Shown here in pieces: positions 63,822 through 64,000 of a DNA stretch of 64,000 bases. The notes beneath the pieces were generated by a model. That model was not told the origin of the DNA. It did no database searches and was given only the letters and a program-made list of their open reading frames with translations. Position 1 is the stretch's first letter. Each line of letters starts with the position of its first letter. The DNA is from a virus (taxonomy: Duplodnaviria > Heunggongvirae > Uroviricota > Caudoviricetes), in the IMG/VR virus record IMGVR_UViG_3300024348_000010; one strand, given 5' to 3'. The translations under genes were made by a program, and so were the position numbers.

Positions 63822-63862
63822 ATACCCAGGATACCCTGTTTTCGAAATAATGTACATGCTAA
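63818..63862 (-). promoter_or_regulatory. conserved promoter-like element (variant)
   Basis: CAGGATACCCTGTTTTCGAAATAATGTACATGCTAAAATAC. Confidence 0.45.
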
Positions 63863-63865
63863 AAT

Positions 63866-63898
63866 ACGCCCAGAAATTAATCTGAGCGTATTTTTTTT
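63866..63898. terminator. rho-independent terminator
   Basis: AATACGC...GCGTATT hairpin followed by TTTTTTTT. Confidence 0.5.
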
Positions 63899-63915
63899 AA
63901 AAACTTTAGGAGTTA

Positions 63916-64000
63916 TTAGTCGTTAAGAGCTGCTAGCTTCTCTACAACTTCGTCGATGGTATCGAGAATGGTATCAGATCCGCGATCGTCGACAGTACGA
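63916..64000 (-). CDS. hypothetical protein, C-terminal fragment (gene continues beyond window end)
   Basis: Open minus-strand frame ending ...VVEKLAALND-stop, followed by a hairpin and T-run. Confidence 0.3.
   Translation of the reverse strand, partial: RTVDDRGSDTILDTIDEVVEKLAALND

Noticed and set aside
1-64000. CRISPR array or other long direct-repeat arrays
   Set aside because: No regularly spaced direct repeats seen. The only recurrent element is the promoter-like TGTACATG block, with irregular spacing.

Overview
This window looks like a contiguous stretch of a T4-like (Tevenvirinae/Straboviridae-type) myovirus genome, probably from a marine host. About 95% of the coding is on the minus strand, with one plus-strand endolysin gene. 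Genes I recognise with confidence: a replication/recombination module (family B DNA polymerase, UvsX recombinase, gp41/DnaB-like helicase, gp61-like primase), nucleotide metabolism (class Ia RNR nrdA/nrdB with a GIY-YIG endonuclease next to nrdB, ThyX, dCMP deaminase, glutaredoxin), a lysis set (bifunctional M15-peptidase/GH19 endolysin, embedded Rz/Rz1 spanin pair, holin-like membrane proteins), and an array of about 25 minus-strand tRNAs (56.4-62.1 kb), all with encoded CCA, interspersed with non-tRNA spacers and a putative homing endonuclease. Many auxiliary genes are present: a heptose nucleotide-sugar pathway (GmhA, HddA-like GHMP kinase, GmhB-like phosphatase, RfaE-II-like cytidylyltransferase, GT1 glycosyltransferase, methyltransferase), SAM decarboxylase, Dps, peroxiredoxin, Hsp20, FabF-like KAS, 2OG-Fe(II) oxygenases, a radical-SAM/SPASM enzyme, and an Omp25/31-like beta-barrel OMP. 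The most unusual feature is a minus-strand module at about 44.5-51.8 kb that encodes a curli-type functional-amyloid secretion system (CsgG channel lipoprotein, CsgF, two secreted curlin-repeat proteins). It is joined to a CHASE2-sensor class III adenylate/guanylate cyclase, its typical FecR-domain partner, and a sulfotransferase. I know of no described phage with such a module. A palindromic TGTACATG-containing element recurs upstream of many genes and is likely a promoter or operator. All calls rest on motif recognition by eye. No database searches were run.
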